Assembly: GCA_964016885.1 (NCBI GenBank)
Contig: OZ024742.1
Span: 339,698,001 to 339,762,000, forward strand
Length of the DNA: 64,000 bases
From: Eledone cirrhosa
Lineage: Eukaryota
Direction of reading: 5' to 3'
The notes under the pieces were generated by a model. The model saw only the letters and a program-made list of their open reading frames with translations. It was not told the DNA's origin and ran no database searches. Positions 1 to 11,759 of the stretch are shown here, piece by piece (positions within the stretch are counted from its first letter, which is position 1; each line of letters opens with the position of its first letter). A program made the translations under genes and the position numbers.

Positions 1-37
<37 letters not shown>

Positions 38-231
38 CACTCACACGCACACATAAGAGCAAGAATGAAGGACTCATTCTACTGACATGGCTTAAAAGAG
101 GGTGTTTGCATAATTGTAAACGAATCGAATATTATTATTAATATCGAAAAACTCAGATTACGTTTATTGCATTCAGCCATTTAGAGTAATAATTAGTTGT
201 TACTTATTATATATATATATATATATATATA

Positions 232-377
232 CTAGCAGAATGGCTCGGCGTTGCTCGGGGTTTGCTCTAGGGTTCTTATATATTTGATATATATTTATCC
301 TTATTGAGCCTCGTGAAATAAATACTTTTGTTTATATTTTGTTATTGCGTATGCAAAATTATCTGTACACGAATATA

Positions 378-413
<36 letters not shown>

Positions 414-829
414 TAACAATTTAAAGTTTAAGCAAAGAATCGCTGCTTTCACCCTTAACGGGATCTTCTGAAATAAAAAAAATCAATCTGTGAACGCAGA
501 AGTAAATATTTCGAAAAACGTTACACACTATATATATATATACACACACACACCGCGTCATAATATCGTAATGCAGACAGCCAGACATACAGACAGATAT
601 TATAAGAGTTCAACGTTATATCTATGTATCTATCTAGAAAGAGAAAGACTAAGAATTATAGAGAGAGATCGCTAAATCGCCTAATGCGGTCTCTAGGTCA
701 TTGAAAATTTGAAAAAAGGATTTTCTCAAAACACTCACAGAACCATAAGTATTACATTTGTAAAGTTTGAAAACAATCGGTTGGGTGGTTCTCGAGTTTT
801 AGTGAGCTAACAGACAGACAGACATTCTC

Positions 830-835
<6 letters not shown>
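232..835 (-). mobile_element. Non-autonomous Helitron-like element
   Basis: Minus-strand 3' end is a GC hairpin (cccgagcaacgccgag) followed by ctgCTAG-t. The internal block ttaaagtttaagcaaagaatcgctgctttcacccttaacggg recurs at 8.15, 9.94 and 39.9 kb in Helitron copies. Confidence 0.55.
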
Positions 836-904
<69 letters not shown>

Positions 905-906
<2 letters not shown>

Positions 907-1310
907 AATTGTTTCTACTTTTTGGCACAAGGCCAGCAATTATCCCAGTGTATTACTGGTACTTTATTTTATCGACCCCGTAAGGATGAAAGGCAAAGTT
1001 AACCTCGGCGGGATTTGAACTCAGTCCGTAAAGGGACGTAACTGTGCTACAAAGCATGGCGCCCGACCCTCTACCGATACTGACAATCCACCACCGATAT
1101 ATATATACAATAATGATTTCTAGTATAGGTACAAGGCCAGTCATTTGGGGGGAGGGGAAAGTCGATTAAATCGATTCCAGTGCATTACTGGTACTTTATT
1201 TTATCGACCCCCGTAAGGATGAACGGCAAAGTCAACCTCAGCGGGATTTGAACCCAGACCGTAAAGGGCCGTAAATCTATGCCGCAAAGCATATTATCCG
1301 ACGTTCTACA
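905..1310 (-). mobile_element. Two tandem tRNA-derived SINEs (family A)
   Basis: Reverse complement of A-box tggcagtatcgg, B-box gagttcaaatcc, core gcctttcatccttacggggtcgataaaataaagtaccag and tail ggccttgtgccaaaagtagaaacaatta. Confidence 0.85.
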
Positions 1311-1434
1311 CACACACACACACACATACATACACACATACACACATACACACATGGGGATATTTGACTAAAATGATATTAAATCATAACTGTGAATGTG
1401 AGTTCCACCTGGCGTTATGGGACAAAAGAGTCGC

Positions 1435-2060
1435 ATAGGAGAAGAAGGAGATGAAGAAGACGATGATGATACTGATGAGGATGGGGATGCTGATAAGGAT
1501 GGGGATATAGAGGAAGAGGAAGAGGAGAATGAGGAGGAGGGGGAGAAGAAGAAGAAGAAGAATAGAAGCACAACAACAAGATCAAGTAAAAAGGAAGTTG
1601 AAATATTAAGAAACGATATAAAAAAAAGATGAAGAAAAAGAAGAAAATGAAGAAGAAGAAGAAGAAGAAGAAGAAGAAGAAGAAGAAGAAGAAGAAGAAG
1701 AAGAAGAAGAAGAAGAAGAAGAAGAAGAAGAAGAAGAAAGCTAATAATAATAATAAGAAGAAGAGGAAAAAGAAGAAGCAAAAGAGGAGGAAGAAAAAGA
1801 AGAAGATGAAGAAGCAGAAGTAGTAGAAGATGAAGAAGAAGAAAAAGAAGAAGAATAAAAAGTGGAGGAAGAAGAAGATGAAGAAGAAGAAGAAGAAGAA
1901 GAAGAAGAAGAAAACGAAGAAGAAGAAGAAGAAGAAGAAGAAGAAGAAGAAGAAGAAGAAGAAGAAGAAGAAGAAGAAAAAGATGAACCAGAAGAAAACG
2001 AAGAAGAAGAAAAAAACAACAACACCAACAACAACCACAACAAAAACCATCACAACAACA
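1435..2060. repeat. (GAA)n-rich microsatellite region
   Basis: Long pure and interrupted GAA tracts; source of the poly-K/E/F/S ORFs. Confidence 0.95.
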
Positions 2061-2494
2061 GGATTAAACATTAAAAACTAGATATATTGATTAATTTCTT
2101 GATAGTTGCTAGTTATTAATTAGTAGAGAGATGGAATCATTAGCAATAGATGGGCTTTGAAACGTCTAATTAAAATTGTCGTGAAAAACAATTATTATGA
2201 TAATGTTTTGTAGCAGAAGTTTTCTGACGGAGTTTATTGAACAGTTTCTAAGTTATAATTAAAGAAATACGACAACAATAAACGTGGAAGAAATATGGCA
2301 GAAATAGGAGAGAATAAGGGTTTGGAATATGGTTGGAATATGGTTGGAATATGGGAGTTATCGGGTGTAATAAATAGGAATTACCGTTTACGTTTATTCA
2401 TTGATTTCTTTAGTTGAACAAAAAACTAAACGGGAATAAATTATTCTTTTACATTTCGGCTATTCTTTTGTTAGGTGTTCTTGTATTGAGCCTT

Positions 2495-3340
2495 GTTATT
2501 GTTGTTGTTGGTGGTGGTGGTGGGGAGTGGTGGTGTTGGTGGTGGTGGTGGTGTTGTTGGTATTCTTGTTGGTGGTGTTGTTGTTGTTGGTGGTGTTGTT
2601 GTTGTTGGTGGTTTTGTTGTTGTTGTTGGTGGTATTGTTGTTGTTGGTGGTGATGTTGGTGGTGTTGTTGTTGGTGTTGTTGGTGGCGTTGTTGTTGGTG
2701 TTGTTGTTGTTGGTGTTTGTTTTGTTATTGTTATTGCTGGTGGTGTTTTCTTGCGGATGTGTTGGTGTGTTGTTGATGTGGTGGTGGTTTTGTTGTTTTT
2801 GGTGGTGTGTGTTGGTGGCGGTGCTGGTACTGCTGGTGGTGTGTGGTGGTGGTGACGGTGGTGCTGGCGGTGGTGGTGCTTCTGGTGATGTGTGGTGGTG
2901 TGTGCTGGTGTTGGTGATGTGTGGTGGTGTGTGGTGATGTGTGGTGGTGTGTGTGGTGGTGTGTGGTGGTGTTGGTGATGTGTGGTGGTGTGTGGTGGTG
3001 TGTGGTGCTGTAGAGGCTGTTATTATTGTTATGGCCAATAAAGAAAATAAATAATTGCTGTGGTTTTGTGATTTCTTGTGCTGTTGTTGTTGTTGTGGTG
3101 GTGGTGGAGGTGGAGGGTGTTTAGTCTTTTACTTGTGGTGGTGTTGGTGTTGGTGGAAGTTGGGCTTGTTGTGATTGTTGTTGTTGTTGTAGTAGAGGTG
3201 TTGGTTGTTGTAGTTATGACTTTGTGGTTTTCGGGTGGTGGTTGTGTTGGTAGTTGTGTGGTGGTGGTGGTTGTGTTGGTAGTTGATGGTTATGGTTATG
3301 TTAATATTGTTGTTGTGACGGTGTGTGTGGTATTCTGGAG
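2495..3340. repeat. (GTT/GGT)n low-complexity region
   Basis: Degenerate trinucleotide repeats. Confidence 0.9.
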
Positions 3341-3544
3341 TGGAGGAGGGGATGACAATAATGGGAGAAGACTGGAATATGCCAGAAATATGTTTGGAAT
3401 AAATATTTACCCATTGATTTCTGAACAAAATAAAAATAAACATCGAAAATAAATTATTCTTTTAATTTCGAGATTTCTTTTGTTAACGGCTGCATGTTGT
3501 CTTTTTAATGTTTCTTGTTTGTCGTGGCTGTATTTGGTGATGGA

Positions 3545-3850
3545 GGGTGGCTTAGTGAATAAGGTATTCGGCTCACGATCGTAGGTTCTGGGTTCACTTT
3601 ATAGTGGAGCGTTGTATCCCTGAGCTAGATACTTTATCTCAAGTTATTCCAGTCCACTCAGATGGCAAACATTACTTGAATCTGTAATTCTAAGGATCAG
3701 ACTTGTTATGTCATGTGTCACGCTAAATCTCCCTGAGAACTACTGTAAGATACACGTGTCTGTGGAATGTTCAGGCACATCAGTTTCACAGGCAGCTTGT
3801 TCCATTGATCAAATCAGTTGAGACACTCGTACTCGGAATCGACGCAGGAC
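3545..3850 (+). mobile_element. Diverged tRNA-derived SINE (family B-like)
   Basis: gtggcttagtg...ggttc head and ctgagctagatactttat core, similar to the 41.2 kb copy. Confidence 0.55.
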
Positions 3851-4045
3851 AACCTACATATTTTAGATTTTTGCCCATTTCTCTGACATAGAATAGGGGT
3901 TTGACCTATATTCAAGTATATAGGGATTACTCACATTTGTGTCTTCGTTGCAATAGTAGAAATATATATGGGCACAGCTTCACTGTAACAGATACCTAAA
4001 TATGGAATGTTGCGCGATGACCCCCCGCCCCCCCACACACACATC

Positions 4046-4625
4046 TCCGGCGGACAGGATGGAGAAGGCGTTCCCCTGGAGGACGGCAAGGGAGACGCGC
4101 TGGAAAAGCCACTCCAACTCGCGGGTTAACACCTGCGGCTGGCCATCTCTGCGCCTATGGTGGTGAGTAGGGAGGTAGCCCTAGAGCCGATGACACCAGC
4201 AGTCTCCACTACCAGGGGTACAACCGCAAACCTGTCGGAGAGCGACCGGTATTTGAGGAGCTTAACCTCTTCAGCCCGACGTGCAGCAGAACCTGGGTTA
4301 GTCGCAGACTGCACCAGGTTGCGGCTGCAGAAAGGGTCGGTGCAAGGAGGGGTTTGCCACCGCGGAACGGGAAGATGGTCATGCCATCTCACCTTTTGCC
4401 ATCCCCCCGGTCCGGCCCCACCGGCTCAGGTTGGGAAGGGAAGCCCGCAGCGTCCAAGCCATGCTTTATGATCTGGTTGAGGGCAGCATGGCGAGGAAGG
4501 CGGCCGGCACTTTGCCGACAGGAAAGCGGGTGGAGGCCGAAAGAGTCCACGATGGATCCGCAGCGACATTGGTGTGGCTCGCAGATCCGGAGGCCGACCC
4601 TCAAGGAAACGCCGATGCTTAGATA
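4046..4625 (-). mobile_element. 3' fragment of a CRE-like non-LTR retrotransposon (zinc knuckle plus restriction-like endonuclease)
   Basis: Frameshifted translation: CRCGSIVDSFGLHPLSC...RHAALNQII...DGKR / ...EEVKLLKY...VPLVVETAGVIG...LFQRVSLAVLQGNA. Confidence 0.8.
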
Positions 4626-4639
4626 GTATTATTGATGAT

Positions 4640-4805
4640 TGGTGGATTGGCAATATCGGTAGAGGGTCGGACGCCATGCTTTGAAGCAAAGAGTTACGGC
4701 CCTTTATGGTCTGAGTTCAAATCCCGGCGAGGTTAACTTTGCCTTTCATTCTTACGGGGTCGATAAAATAAAGTACCAGTAATACACTGGGATAATTGGT
4801 GGCCT
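4640..4805 (+). mobile_element. SINE family A
   Basis: A/B boxes and conserved core. Confidence 0.85.
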
Positions 4806-5749
4806 TTATTTCGATGATTAGTGAAGGAGTACAGCCTCGTTATTAGGGCAGAGATTGGGAACCTGCGACCTTATCGCCCCATGCAGCCCTCTATCACATT
4901 ATGTGCGGCTTTTTAAAAGAATAAACAAATTCCAGCTTATTTTCAATTTTTTAAGACGCCTTTGAGATCACAAATTTCGGATGTCCATCTCGAGGTTCAG
5001 TTGAAATATCGGACACTCATACTGTAACAAAATATCCTACAACAAGCAGACACAACAAACTCATTAAAAGGTAGTTAGCTTTAAAATTAGAATGTTTTCG
5101 TTTTTTAGTTAATTAGTACACATTAATTAGATTTTTACAAAATAATGTAGATTTTAAGAATATAGAATTATGGTTTCTTGAATGCGGTCTTATTTTATTA
5201 CAAGTAACTTAATCTGGCTTTTCGGCATGAAAAGGTTGCCCACCTCTTGCCTAGTGATTAAAGTGTTAGACTTATGATCCTAAAGTTGGGGTTTTGAATC
5301 CTGGAACGGGTGGCACGTTGTGTTCTTGAGCAAATCCCTTCAATCCCTCAGCAGAAAATGAGTGCCCCCAGCATTCGTTGGGGATCACCCCTGCGATAGC
5401 CTAGCGCCCTGTTCAGGTTGAGTCTCTTATATTATTAGTCACATAACACACATGAAAGTGGGATAATCTGCGGCATGATGCACTTCCAGGCTTGGAAATT
5501 CAATGGATATCAGTTAGTTTCGACGATGACTTTTTCAGTTGTTCGAACAACCTAACAGTCGGTTCGTGAAATGAACGTGTAAGTGGTTGAACATTCCATA
5601 GACGTGAGTACATTTAACTTAATTCTCAGGGAGATTCAGTGTAGCCTGTTCAATCATATTGTGACAATGCAGGGGGTGATAGTAATTGAGGTATTGTTGT
5701 TGTTTCGCCTCAATGTTTCCCTTTTATCATTGTAGGATTCATATTCTGA

Positions 5750-6250
5750 TAGTGGTGGAGGTGATGGTCCAAAATGGTGGTGGTGGTGGTGGGGTAATGG
5801 GGGGGTATAGTGGTATTAGTGGTGGTGGTGGTATTGGGGGGTATAGTGGTATTAGTGGAGGTAGCGATGATGGTGGTGATGGTGGTTGTTGTGGGTATGG
5901 GGAGTGTATGGCGGTGTTCGTGTTGTTGGTGTTGAAGACGTTGGTGATAGTGATGGAGTTTGGGGGTGCATGGTGGTGTTAGTGGTAATGATGGTGGTGG
6001 TGGTGGTAATGATGGTTGTGGTGGTGGTGGTGGGGTATTGGGGAGGTGCATGGCGTTGTTAGTGGTAATGATGGTGGTGGTGGTAATGATGGTGGTGGTG
6101 GTGGTGGTGTTAATGGTAATGATGGTGGTGGTGGTGGTGGTAATGATGGTGGTGGTGGTGGTGGTGGTGGTGTTAGTGGTAATGATGGTGGTGGTGGTGG
6201 TGGTGGTGGTGGTGGTAATGATAGTGGTGGTGGTGGTGGCGATAATGAAA
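5750..6250. repeat. (GGT)n/(GAT)n low-complexity region
   Basis: Degenerate trinucleotide repeats. Confidence 0.9.
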
Positions 6251-7064
6251 TATTAATGATAATTTCTTGCATTTAAATAATTATTGATTTCTTTATTACT
6301 AATGATAGGGGGGGGGGGCAAGAAATATGTTTGGAGGAGGAGGGGGAGGTGTGTGAAAGATGTAGTGGGGGGGGGGGGGGGGGGGGGGGTAAAGGAGAAG
6401 AAGAAAGGTGAGCGAGAACAATGGTGGAAATTATACCAATCAGAACAATTTACGAAGGAGTGTTGTGATTTGCCCCAGCATGGCCACATAGCCACGTGGC
6501 AACATCCCATTGGCTGAATCCAATGAAGATGTAAAATGTGTCGAACAGTGAATATTACAACTTACACACACATAAACATACAAACTCAGATACATACACA
6601 TATACACATGCACACATATACACACATTCACTCATACACACACACACGCACAGAAATATACACACATACATACACATCACATATACACGCATTCATTCAC
6701 ACACACACACACGCGCGCGCACAGAAATATACATACATTATACATACACGCATACACACATACATGCATACACACATACACGCATACACACACAATACAC
6801 ACTCACAGGCGCGCGCACAGACACATATACATGCACAGATATACACACACACATACATACACATACATACATAAATACATATAGACACACTCATACACAT
6901 AAACACGCATGCGCACACATACACGTGCGCGCACGTCCATTTATGTGTGTGTACAGATACAATGACATGAGCATAAATGTTTATTCAACTAACATCTAAC
7001 TAAAGGTTTAAAATAGTTTATTTTATTAAATGTAAAATGTGATAAAACTGTACAATATATATAC

Positions 7065-7223
7065 CAGAGTACTCAATACTTAGGGTAGTAGAGCGGGTAA
7101 TAGGAAAAAGTTTAACCCCGACGGCAGAACTCAAGCCGTTTCGACGGCTATTTTTTTAATCTTTAGTCAAGAAATAGCGGTCGAAACGGTTTGAGCTCTG
7201 CGGTAGGGGTTAAACGTTTTCCT

Positions 7224-7224
<1 letters not shown>
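7065..7224. mobile_element. Fold-back retroelement end carrying the 3' half of a hammerhead
   Basis: Inverted arms 7101-7224. Family consensus tagccgtc-GAAA-cggc ttgagctct gccg-TC-gggg; same family at 21660-21857 and 50990-51120. Confidence 0.65.
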
Positions 7225-7258
<34 letters not shown>

Positions 7259-7355
7259 CAAAAAGTTATGAAACGAAAGAAGCTGTATGGTTACTAAAAA
7301 CAAGCTTTAAGATGGTGGTTAGGACGGAACAGGAGGAGAAAGCAAGAAAGGGGTT

Positions 7356-7426
7356 TCCATCGTCAGCTGTAAATGTTTCCCGAACCGATGTTTCGGCGCT
7401 GAATTACAGGACATCGGTGTAGTTCG
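7356..7426 (-). ncRNA. Non-circularly permuted hammerhead ribozyme candidate
   Basis: Minus strand: accgatg-UC-ctgtaa ttc agcgcc-GAAA-catcggt tcgggaaacat ttacag-CUGACGA-t-gg. Stem III 7 bp plus A-U, stem I 6 bp, stem II only 2 bp (GG/CC). Confidence 0.7.
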
Positions 7427-7629
7427 AGGCCTTTTATTAATAAAAGGGCCAGGTGGAAAAGGAGAGAGAAAGAGAGTAAAAAGGGGAGAAAAAAGGAGAG
7501 AGAAAAGGAAAGGGAGGGAAAGGAGGAAGAACAGGGGGGAAAAAGATGAGGAGAGAGGAAGAAAGGGGAAAGGGGGAAAATAGGAAAGGAATAGGAAAAA
7601 AAATTGTACAGGTCCCATCGTGGGAAGAC

Positions 7630-9180
7630 ATATTGTACAATTTATATATATATATTGTATAATGTATATAAAATATGTACAATATATGTATAATATTGTA
7701 CAATATATGAATTGTACAATATATATAAAATATGTACAATATATACAAAATATATACATTATGTATATTGGGCAATATACATATTGTATGTACAATATAT
7801 ATAAAATATATATATATAATTGTTTCTACTTTAGGCACAAGGCTAGCAATTACCCAGTACATTACTGGTACTTTATTTTATCGACCCCGTAACGATGAAA
7901 GGCAAAGTTAACCTCGGCGGGATTTGAACTCAGACTGTAAAGGAACGCTAAAAAACATGGCGTCCAACCCTCTACCGATACTGCCAATCCACCAATATAT
8001 ATATTGGCAGTATCGGTAGATATATATAATGTAGAATAGTAATAATAATAAATTTGAAGACTAAAATCCAAAGAGGGCTCGATAAGGATAAATATATATC
8101 AAATATATAAGAACCGTAGAGCAAATATTATTTAAAATAACAGATTAAAGTTTAAGCAAAGAATCGCTGCTTTCACCCTTAACGGGATCTTCTGAAACTA
8201 ACAAAGTCAATCTGTAAACGCAGAACTGGATATTTCAAAATACGTTGCAACCGGAGGAAGACAGGAAGACGATACTTTGGTTCGCTGGCGAAGAACGGGA
8301 AAAAAAGAATAATACGTCATTAATAGGAGCGGTGAAAAACATTTACGCGCAAAGACAGAACCACGTTTATGGTATGAAAGAGGTCGTAGACTAATGTTCT
8401 CTTAGGTGGTGCATAGAGACGTTCTCTGGCAATGAACGAAAAAACGATGATAATACGTCATATGTGGAGCGTGGAGAACAATAGCACGCAAAGACAAAAC
8501 CACGTAAATGGTATAGCAGAAGTCAAGGGTGAAAGCAGCGATTCTTTGCTTAAACTTTAATCTGTTATTTTAATGGTATAGCAGAAGTTAAGGGTGAAAG
8601 CAGCGATTCTTTGCTTAAACTTTAATCTGTTATTTTAATAAATATAATGTAGAATATATATATTGTAGAATATATATATTGTAGAATATATGTATTGCAC
8701 AATATATATATAAAAATTGTACAATATAGATAAATATTGTACAATATATATAAAATATTGTACAACATATATATGAGATATTTATAATATATATAAAATA
8801 TTGTACAATACATATATATTGTACAATATATATAAAATGTGTGCAATATATATAAATATTGTACAATATATATAAATATTGTACAATATATATAAATATT
8901 GTACAATATATATATAAATATTGTACAATATATATAAAATATGTGCAATATATATAAAATAAGAGCTATATATATAAATATTGTACAATATATATATAGT
9001 ATGTGCAATATATATAAATATTGTACAATATATATATAAATATTGTACAATATATATAAAATATGTGCAATATATATAAATATTGTACAATATATATAAA
9101 TATTGTACAATATATATATAAATATTGTACAATATATATAAAATATGTGCAATATATATAAGATACTGTACAATATATAT
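7630..9180. repeat. AT-rich minisatellite with palindromic core atattgtacaatat, interrupted by a SINE and a Helitron fragment
   Basis: Units of about 20-22 bp at 7630-7800 and 8640-9180; SINE A at 7820-7995 (-); Helitron-like block at about 8130-8640. Confidence 0.85.
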
Positions 9181-9269
9181 GGCAATAAAGAAATAAAAAA
9201 GGAAAGAAAAGAAGAAAAAGAAAAAGAAAATAGAATTAATGAAGTGAGAAGATGGAGCAATAGACTCCA

Positions 9270-9510
9270 TACCTTAGTCTGAGCAGCGCTTCAGCTGGGC
9301 CCCGCCGACAAATTGGTAAAGGACTTTATGCGGAGGATGACCAACGACACCCGCTGCATCAGCCACTTCAACTCAAGTGGCTCCTTCCTCGGCTAAGCTG
9401 ATGTCTTTCCGATTTTACTGAGGAAATGAGCAGTGCAGGGCCCGGGGACACATGACGTCACAGTAACCGGTACCAAAAGAAAGATGTAAGTCAAGCCCCG
9501 GTACTTACTT
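9270..9510 (-). mobile_element. Diverged CRE-like endonuclease 3' fragment
   Basis: Minus-strand translation resembles KYRGL..FLLVPV...GPCTAHFLSKIG...LKWLMQRVSLVILR, paralogous to the 4.05 kb copy. Confidence 0.55.
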
Positions 9511-10224
9511 AATTCTCTCCCTTTTGTTTTCGAAATACGGATAAATAATAATCATTATATTTTATTTAATCTATACTATAAAGCTGACGGCCGTATGTAG
9601 GTAACAAACTTTTCGCCAAACGGTTGAACCAAAAGGCACCATAGATATAACTTTTTCCAAGTAAGAAAGTGAGGGTATTTTTGTCTTCTAAATTTTGTTA
9701 AAAGATTAAAGATATTATATCGTTTATTTAAATATTCACTGCTTTAAAATGTTCAAATGTCAACACTTCTGGTTATACGACATTCCTCTAACGTATTATC
9801 TTCACTTTTTTCCATTCATTGCCAGGGAACGTCTTCACGAACCAAAGTATCGTCTTCCGGTTTTCCTTCGGTTGCAACGTTTTTCGAAATATTTACTTCT
9901 GCGTTCACAGATTGATTTTTTTAGTTTCAGAAGACCCCGTTAAGGGTGAAAGCAGCGATTCTTTGCTTAAACTTTAATCTGTTATTTTAATATATATATA
10001 TAAATGAAAGTTAGAGTTAATAACTCATACTGAAACCCTGTAATTAACAAGCTCAAAGTATAAATACTGAGCATTATAATAATATATGTAGTAAGGAACA
10101 CATCGTGCGTCTAATATTACGAGGGTTGAAGAACCAGATTTGTGTGAAATATTTAACCATGAAGCAGACAGAATGATAAAATAAAATAGAATTATATTAT
10201 ACAAACCGCCTCAATAACTATTAT

Positions 10225-10308
10225 ATCTCTCGGACAGATTAGGGATTAATCTGTTTCGCCCTGAGTGTGTTTGTAACAGATAATCCACAGGCATCATCAA
10301 CGAGAGAT
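10225..10308 (-). ncRNA. Type I hammerhead ribozyme (core UUGAUGA)
   Basis: atctctcg-UUGAUGA-t-gcctg...cagggc-GAAA-cagatta atccc taatctg-UC-cgagagat; stem I 8 bp, stem III 7 bp. Confidence 0.85.
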
Positions 10309-10699
10309 TCTGATTAAATGCGACAAACACCTAGTACTCACGTTCACACAGAAACATGAATTCATCACCTCGTGTGCCGTAAGTCATGCTTCTCCCATGG
10401 TCAATTATATGTAGAATGCTCTAAGGTGAGCTCACCAAACAATCTCTTCTTCTTTACTCCCGAGGTCCGAACAAAAAATATTGTATATTCTGAGGCCCTA
10501 ACAATGTAATTGGAAAATTACTGAAGTGTGTATGCATTTCTAGTTGGTTGAATATATATAGATACAGTTACCATGGTTATGTGGATAGGAGCAGACAGTA
10601 TCCATTGACTATGCTATAAGACCATTACTGTTGCTTTGTATTGGGATTGATGAGTTAATATCTGTATACAACAACTACAACGGTACGCGATGGGGTCCA

Positions 10700-11112
10700 C
10701 ACACAGCTCCGGCGGACAGAATGGAGAAGGCGTTTCCCCGGAGGACGGCAAGGGAGACGCGCTGGAAAAGCCACTACAACTCGCGGGGCTCACACCTGCG
10801 TCTGGCCAGCTCAGCGCCTATGGTGGTGAGTAAGGAGGTAGCCCTGGGGCCGAGGACACCAGAAGTCTCCACTGCCAGGGGTACCTGTCGGAGAGCGACC
10901 GGTATTTGAGGAGTTTGACCCCCCTCAGCCCGACATGCAGCAGAACCTGGGTCAGTCGTAGACTGCAGCAGAACCTGGGTCAGTCGTAGACTGCACCAGG
11001 TTGCTGCTGCAGAAAGTGTCGGTGCAAGTGGCATCCCAGACGAGGGGTTTGCCACCGCGGAACGGGAAGATGGTCATGCCCCCTGGCCTTTTGCCGTCCT
11101 CTCCGGCTCGAG
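10700..11112 (-). mobile_element. CRE-like endonuclease 3' fragment
   Basis: DGKRPGGMTIFPFRGGKPLVWDATCTDTFC...VPLAVETSGVLGP; closely similar to 4046-4400. Confidence 0.8.
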
Positions 11113-11417
11113 CTTTGGAATTTCCATTATGGATGTACAAATTATTATAAAGTTTATTAAAAAAATTGTTCTATGTTCAGCCTTTATTGTTGTAACTATC
11201 AATTTTCTTTAACGTACTGGCTGCTGAACTGGGGAATCTTAAAAACTATTCAAACCCAAATCAGAGCACGTTAACTCCTCTCCCCCTCGCTGACTCCAGA
11301 GGGCGTGCGGTATCTTTGCACTGGAATGGAGGGGGATTCCTGAAAAGATAAAATGCCGGTACACCTAGCCGAGCACCAGCCGGACGGGCCAGCTAGCGTA
11401 GAATAATTAATTAAGAT

Positions 11418-11700
11418 ACGGACCATTCATGAGGAGTTTACAAATCCAGTATCCAAGATACACCTTTAGCTTCATACCCATCATTATTGGAGCTACGGGT
11501 TATATACCAACCCGCTTGGACCAAAGTATGACTGAACTTGGATTTGCGGACAAAAAGCGCAGCTCCCTTATTCATAGGCTACACATGGCTGCGATAGCTG
11601 GCACCTTCAAAATTTGCAAAACATTCTTGCGATTCAAGGGATGACAATTTCTTTTCTCTTACAACCTTGCTACCAGGAAGGTGGCCGGTCAAAAATATAT
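11418..11700 (+). mobile_element. 3' end of an R4/Dong-like restriction-endonuclease LINE
   Basis: ...YPRYTFSFIPIIIGATGYIP...AAIAGTFKICKTFL*; paralogue at 27214-27510. Confidence 0.65.
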
Positions 11701-11726
11701 ACTCGAAATAAAGAGAAAGAGATAAC

Positions 11727-11759
<33 letters not shown>

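Larger units (their letters stand above)
9570..11396 (+). mobile_element. Non-autonomous Helitron with nested insertions
   Basis: 5' TCtatactataaagctgacggccg; 3' GC-rich hairpin remnant plus CTAG. Both ends match 24910-26914. Contains a hammerhead-bearing insert (about 10000-10390) and a CRE-like fragment. Confidence 0.7.
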
